Source: Malacoraja senta
Lineage: Eukaryota
Length of the DNA: 64,000 bases
Reading direction: 5' to 3'
Assembly: GCA_038087875.1 (NCBI GenBank)
Contig: JAXLNO010000697.1
Location: 1-64,000 of the forward strand
This document shows, piece after piece, positions 60,901 through 64,000 of this stretch (position 1 is its first letter; each line of letters opens with the position of its first letter). Made by a program: the position numbers and the translations under genes. Below the pieces are notes generated by a model, which searched no databases, was not told the origin of the DNA, and was given only the letters and a program-made list of their open reading frames with translations.

Positions 60901-61710
60901 GAATTAGAAAAATTACTATCATTCCAACAACTACAACTGAAATATAATTTGAAAAATAATCAATATTTTAAATATCTACAAATCTGTGACTATTTGAAAA
61001 CACACACAAAAGATTATTATAATATGCCTTCCGACTTACTAGATGAAGCAATGAAGACAAAGGCGGAATCAGTTAATTTAATATCATACTTATATAATAT
61101 CATCTTAAATATAGAAATACCCACAACAGATGGAATTAGAAGAGATTGGGAACAAGATCTAGGTATAAAAATTTCAAAAGAGAGTTGGGATAATCATTTA
61201 TTACAGGTGCATAAATGCTCGATCAACGTACGACATACGCTTATCCAATTTAAAACATTACATAGATTATATTATTCAAAAACCAAACTAAATAAAATCT
61301 TTCCTAACGTCTCACCAATCTGTGATAAATGTATATGTCAAGAAGCTACCATAGCACATTCTTTTGTTTTTTGTACAAAAATCCAAAAATTCTGGTTTGA
61401 AATATTTGATATTTTTTCAAAATTAATCAAAATAAAACTGGTACCAAAACCAGAATGGATTATTTTTGGAATATCGGAAGGTATTCCTGAATTAAACGTG
61501 TATCAGAAGAATTTACTCAATTATGGGCTAATAATGGGAAAAAAGCTTATACTTAAATTCTGGAAAAATGCACCCACACCAACAATAAAAATGTGGACAT
61601 CAAATATGTTGGAAACATTACATCTGGAAGAGATGAGATTCCTCCTAGTAGGCAAAGTAGATCAATTTCAAAAGACGTGGTCTACGTTTTTGGACCTATT
61701 ACAAGCATGA
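57919..61710 (+). CDS. L1 ORF2, 1263 aa
   Basis: 8 aa differences from copy 1 by eye; all APE, RT and CCHC motifs intact. Confidence 0.97.
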   Translation: MHDDNQKKIGGITLCSWNIRGINEPIKRGKILAQLKSYNTDIAFLQETHLKQQDQTRLRANWIGQTFYSSFTSKSRGTAIIIRKGIPFKSKNTILDKEGRYLIVAGEINNMPITLVNIYAPNFDNPQFFNKILNIIAESNYQNVIIGGDFNCVLDPYLDKSMQKQKGQTKSKTSELLHTYMENTNITDVWRIANPTGRDYSFYSMVHKTYSRIDYFLVDTKLISQSLNPKYHINAISDHSPLTFVLKLEGMSMNKPFWRFNSQILKDPQGSIYLKKQMDLFFELNDTPEISPTLLWESFKAFIRGVIISFQAYQNKKNKNEQRHLEDQIKQLDIDNAKDPTMDKHNKILLLKFQLNKLLSEKVITLFQITKQEHFEFGDKPHKLLARQLKKREKENAILKIKSDRGEVLTLPKDINKRFAQFYQNLYTSKTSIDNNKISEFLDNCNLPQLERREQEELGAQITSKEIEDTIKTLKNGKTPGPDGFSNEFYKSFYDIVTPRLQKMYTYAYKEQNLPETLAESTIILILKKDKNIEEPGSYRAIALLNTDQKIIAKTLANRLSKYVSRLIHEDQTGFIPKRHSFNNLRRLLNIMHSHKSDDQELAIISLDAEKAFDQVEWDYMIKVLQKFQLGENFIAWIKLLYNKPTARILTNNILSSKFELSRGNRQGCSLSPLLFALVIEPLAEKIRTHSNIHGYNTKYSNNKLSLYADDVLLYITKPQISIPNILNLIEDFGSFSGYRINWNKSEIMLIKPKDSTHLRKFPFKIAMEKFKYLGIEITRNYHDMFKANYNPLLKKLNNLIKFWKTLPMSLIGRINAIKMIFLPQILYLFQSIPIYLPKKFFKKLDSDITNFIWDYKSHRIQRTHLNKRKELGGLALPNFMYYNWAVNIKNMTHLLDNSAQQVDWIIMEKGDCSPNNIGAIILSPINLNNKNYNKNPIIYSTIRTWKQIKQNLKLRNLSLLIPIVNNPSFKPSIIDKAFIQWERMGIKTLEDLYELEKLLSFQQLQLKYNLKNNQYFKYLQICDYLKTHTKDYYNMPSDLLDEAMKTKAESVNLISYLYNIILNIEIPTTDGIRRDWEQDLGIKISKESWDNHLLQVHKCSINVRHTLIQFKTLHRLYYSKTKLNKIFPNVSPICDKCICQEATIAHSFVFCTKIQKFWFEIFDIFSKLIKIKLVPKPEWIIFGISEGIPELNVYQKNLLNYGLIMGKKLILKFWKNAPTPTIKMWTSNMLETLHLEEMRFLLVGKVDQFQKTWSTFLDLLQA

Positions 61711-63520
61711 GGTGCAATAGTAATTTAGAAAAACAAATAAATAAATAAAAGGTATCTGGACCTGGTAATGGGAGGTAAAATAAAAACAGACTTGGTTGGT
61801 AGTTCCTTCTCTATGAAGTATGGTATAAGAATTATAATAGAGCGATTGTTCCTTCTTTCTTTCTCTTTTTTTTTCTAGGGTCTATTTTCTAACTTTACTT
61901 CCTTCTCTAACTTCTTTTCTAAGGGGCTTTCTTTTCCCAACACTCTTTTGCACTTCACAACCTTTGTGCACTTTCTTCACTTTTCTTACTTCTTTCTTTT
62001 TCTTTCTTAAAGATTAAAAAAGTGAAGCGGTACAAAAAATGTATTAATATATACGTGTTGTACATTACTGTAATCTACCGTACTTCTAAAAAATAAAAAA
62101 TAAAAAAAAAAAAAAAAAAAAAAATAAAAAAAAAAATAACCATAACAGCACGGAAACAGGCCATCTCGGCCCTTCAAGTCCGTGCCGAACATTTAAATTT
62201 TTTTTTTTTTTTTAAATTAAAAATAAATACTTCCCCCTGGTCCCATCTACCTGCACTCAGACCATAACCCTCCATTCCTTTCCCGTCCATATACCCATCC
62301 AATCTATTTTTAAGGGATAACATCGAACCTGCCTCCACCACTTCCACTGGAAGCTCATTCCACACAGCTACCACTCTCTGAGTAAAGAAGTTCCCCCTAA
62401 TGTTCCCCCTAAACTTCTGTCCCTTAATTCTCAAGTCATTTTCCCTTTGTTTGAATCTTCCCTACTCTCAATGGGAAAAGCTTATCCACGTCCACTCTGT
62501 CTAACCCGCTCATAATTTTAAAGACCTCTATCAAGTCCCCTTTTAACCTTCTGCGCTCCAAAGAATAAAGACCTAACTTGTTCAACCTTTCTCTGTAACT
62601 TAGTTGCTGAAACCCAGGCAACATTCTAGTAAATCTCCTCTGTACTCTCTCTATTTTGTTGACATCCTTCCTATAATTAGGCGACCAAAATTGTACTCCA
62701 TACTCCAGAATTGGCCTCACCAATGCCTTGTACAATTTTAACATTACATCCCAACTTCTATATTCAATGCTCTGATTTATAAAGGCCAGCACACCAAAAG
62801 CTTTCTTTACCACCCTATCTACATGAGATTCCACCTTCAGGGAACTATGCACAGTTATTCCTAGATCCCTCTGTTCAACTGCATTCCTCAATTCACTACC
62901 ATTTACCGTGTACGTCCTATTTTGATTTGTCCTGCCGAGATGTAGCACCTCACATTTGTCAGCATTAAACTCCATCTGCCATCTTTCAGCCCACTCTTCC
63001 AAATGGCCTAAATCTCTCTATAGACTTTGAAAATCTACTTCATTATCCACAACACCACCTATCTTAGTATCATCTGCATACTTACTAATCCAATTTTCCA
63101 CACCATCATCCAGATCATTGATGTACATGACAAACAACAGTGGACCCAACACAGACCCCTGAGGCCACTAGTCACCGGCCTCCAACCTGACAAACAGCCG
63201 TCCACCATTACTCTCTGGCATCTCCCATTCAGCCACTGTTGAATCCATCTTGCTACTCCACCATTAATACCCAACAATTGAATCTTCTTAACCAACCTTC
63301 CATGAGGAACCTTGTCAAAGGCCTTACTGAAGTCCATATAGACAACATCCACTGCTTTACCCTCATCAATTTCCCTAGTGACCTCTTCGAAAAATTCAAG
63401 AAGATTAGTCAAGCATGACCTTCCAGGCACAAATCCATGTTGACTGTTCCTAATCAGACCCTGCTTATCCAGATGCTTATATATATTATCTTTAAGTATC
63501 CTTTCCATTAATTTGCCCAC

Positions 63521-64000
63521 AAACGTTATCACCCTCCACAATAAGTGTTTGAAAGCAAAATCAGCTCATGTGGCTCAAGTGACTGAGTGTGTAAACAGTG
63601 CACACACGAGAGTGAGCTGAGTGGAACTAGACTCATGATGCTGCTTCAGAGGACAAGTGGCAGTGTAGGTCAGTCAGCGGCAATGAATGAATGAATCATT
63701 CTCTTCCTCCCCCAATGATTCTGAAGTGAAACGGGAAAATACATCTAATGCAGAATTTCATCCCAATCTGCAGCAGGAGGGGGACCTTGATACTTCTAAC
63801 CATTTATGATTTGCTCTGCTGTCGCTGGAGAGTCAGCCACTAATTTATTTCAGATAGTTTCTATCAATTACTGAAACGCCTCAAAGTCTTCACTGGAGCA
63901 CAGTCACACTAAACTGACACTAGTCTGTAGCCATTTTGCTACAGGTATGTAGTTGCGTACTGGCCAGAACAGATATGATGACACATTCCCTTCCATGAAG
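63521..64000 (+). repeat. Right arm (part 2) of inverted duplication; reverse complement of 4324-4803
   Basis: 1 mismatch in 480 bp; continues past the window end. Confidence 0.97.

Larger units (their letters stand above)
55514..62135 (+). mobile_element. Full-length L1 LINE, copy 2, both ORFs intact
   Basis: 18-bp TSD ataaccataacagcacgg (55496-55513 and 62136-62153); (A)nT tail. Confidence 0.97.
55477..63520 (-). mobile_element. 5'-truncated CR1 (family 1; tail 55477-55513, body 62136-63520) carrying nested L1 copy 2; absent from the left duplicate arm
   Basis: The empty site in the left arm is tctgacac|aaacgttatc (4804/4803); RT ORFs 63059-63541 and 62436-63002. Confidence 0.93.

Overview
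Vertebrate genomic DNA from a cartilaginous fish (the Ig sequences look skate-like; inference). The window is mostly retroelements and carries a decaying IgW (IgX) heavy-chain cluster. On + there is a leader exon (31391-31436), a V exon already fused to J with no RSSs or recognisable D (31538-31868; three frame disruptions) and an intact CH1 exon (39216-39524). On - at the left end there is an intact IgNAR-C3-like CH exon (IgW CH4 equivalent, 2417-2734) and a degenerate next CH exon (1526-1745). The intron next to them (4324-4869) is a ~99.6% identical inverted copy of 55411-55476 + 63521-64000, so the distal C region is recently duplicated in inverted orientation. No intact CH2/CH3 was found. 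The rest is layered transposons: two intact, near-identical full-length L1s in inverted orientation, each inserted in a CR1 3' tail; a full-length Nimb/I-group LINE with nested CR1 and L1; a Tx1-like LINE ending 33 bp before the V leader ATG; many CR1 copies; Rex/Babar, Gypsy and Harbinger remnants; a probable solo LTR; short repeats with hammerhead-like motifs; and a 1.2-kb polypurine tract. All comparisons were made by eye and no database searches were run. TE edges without a TSD are approximate.
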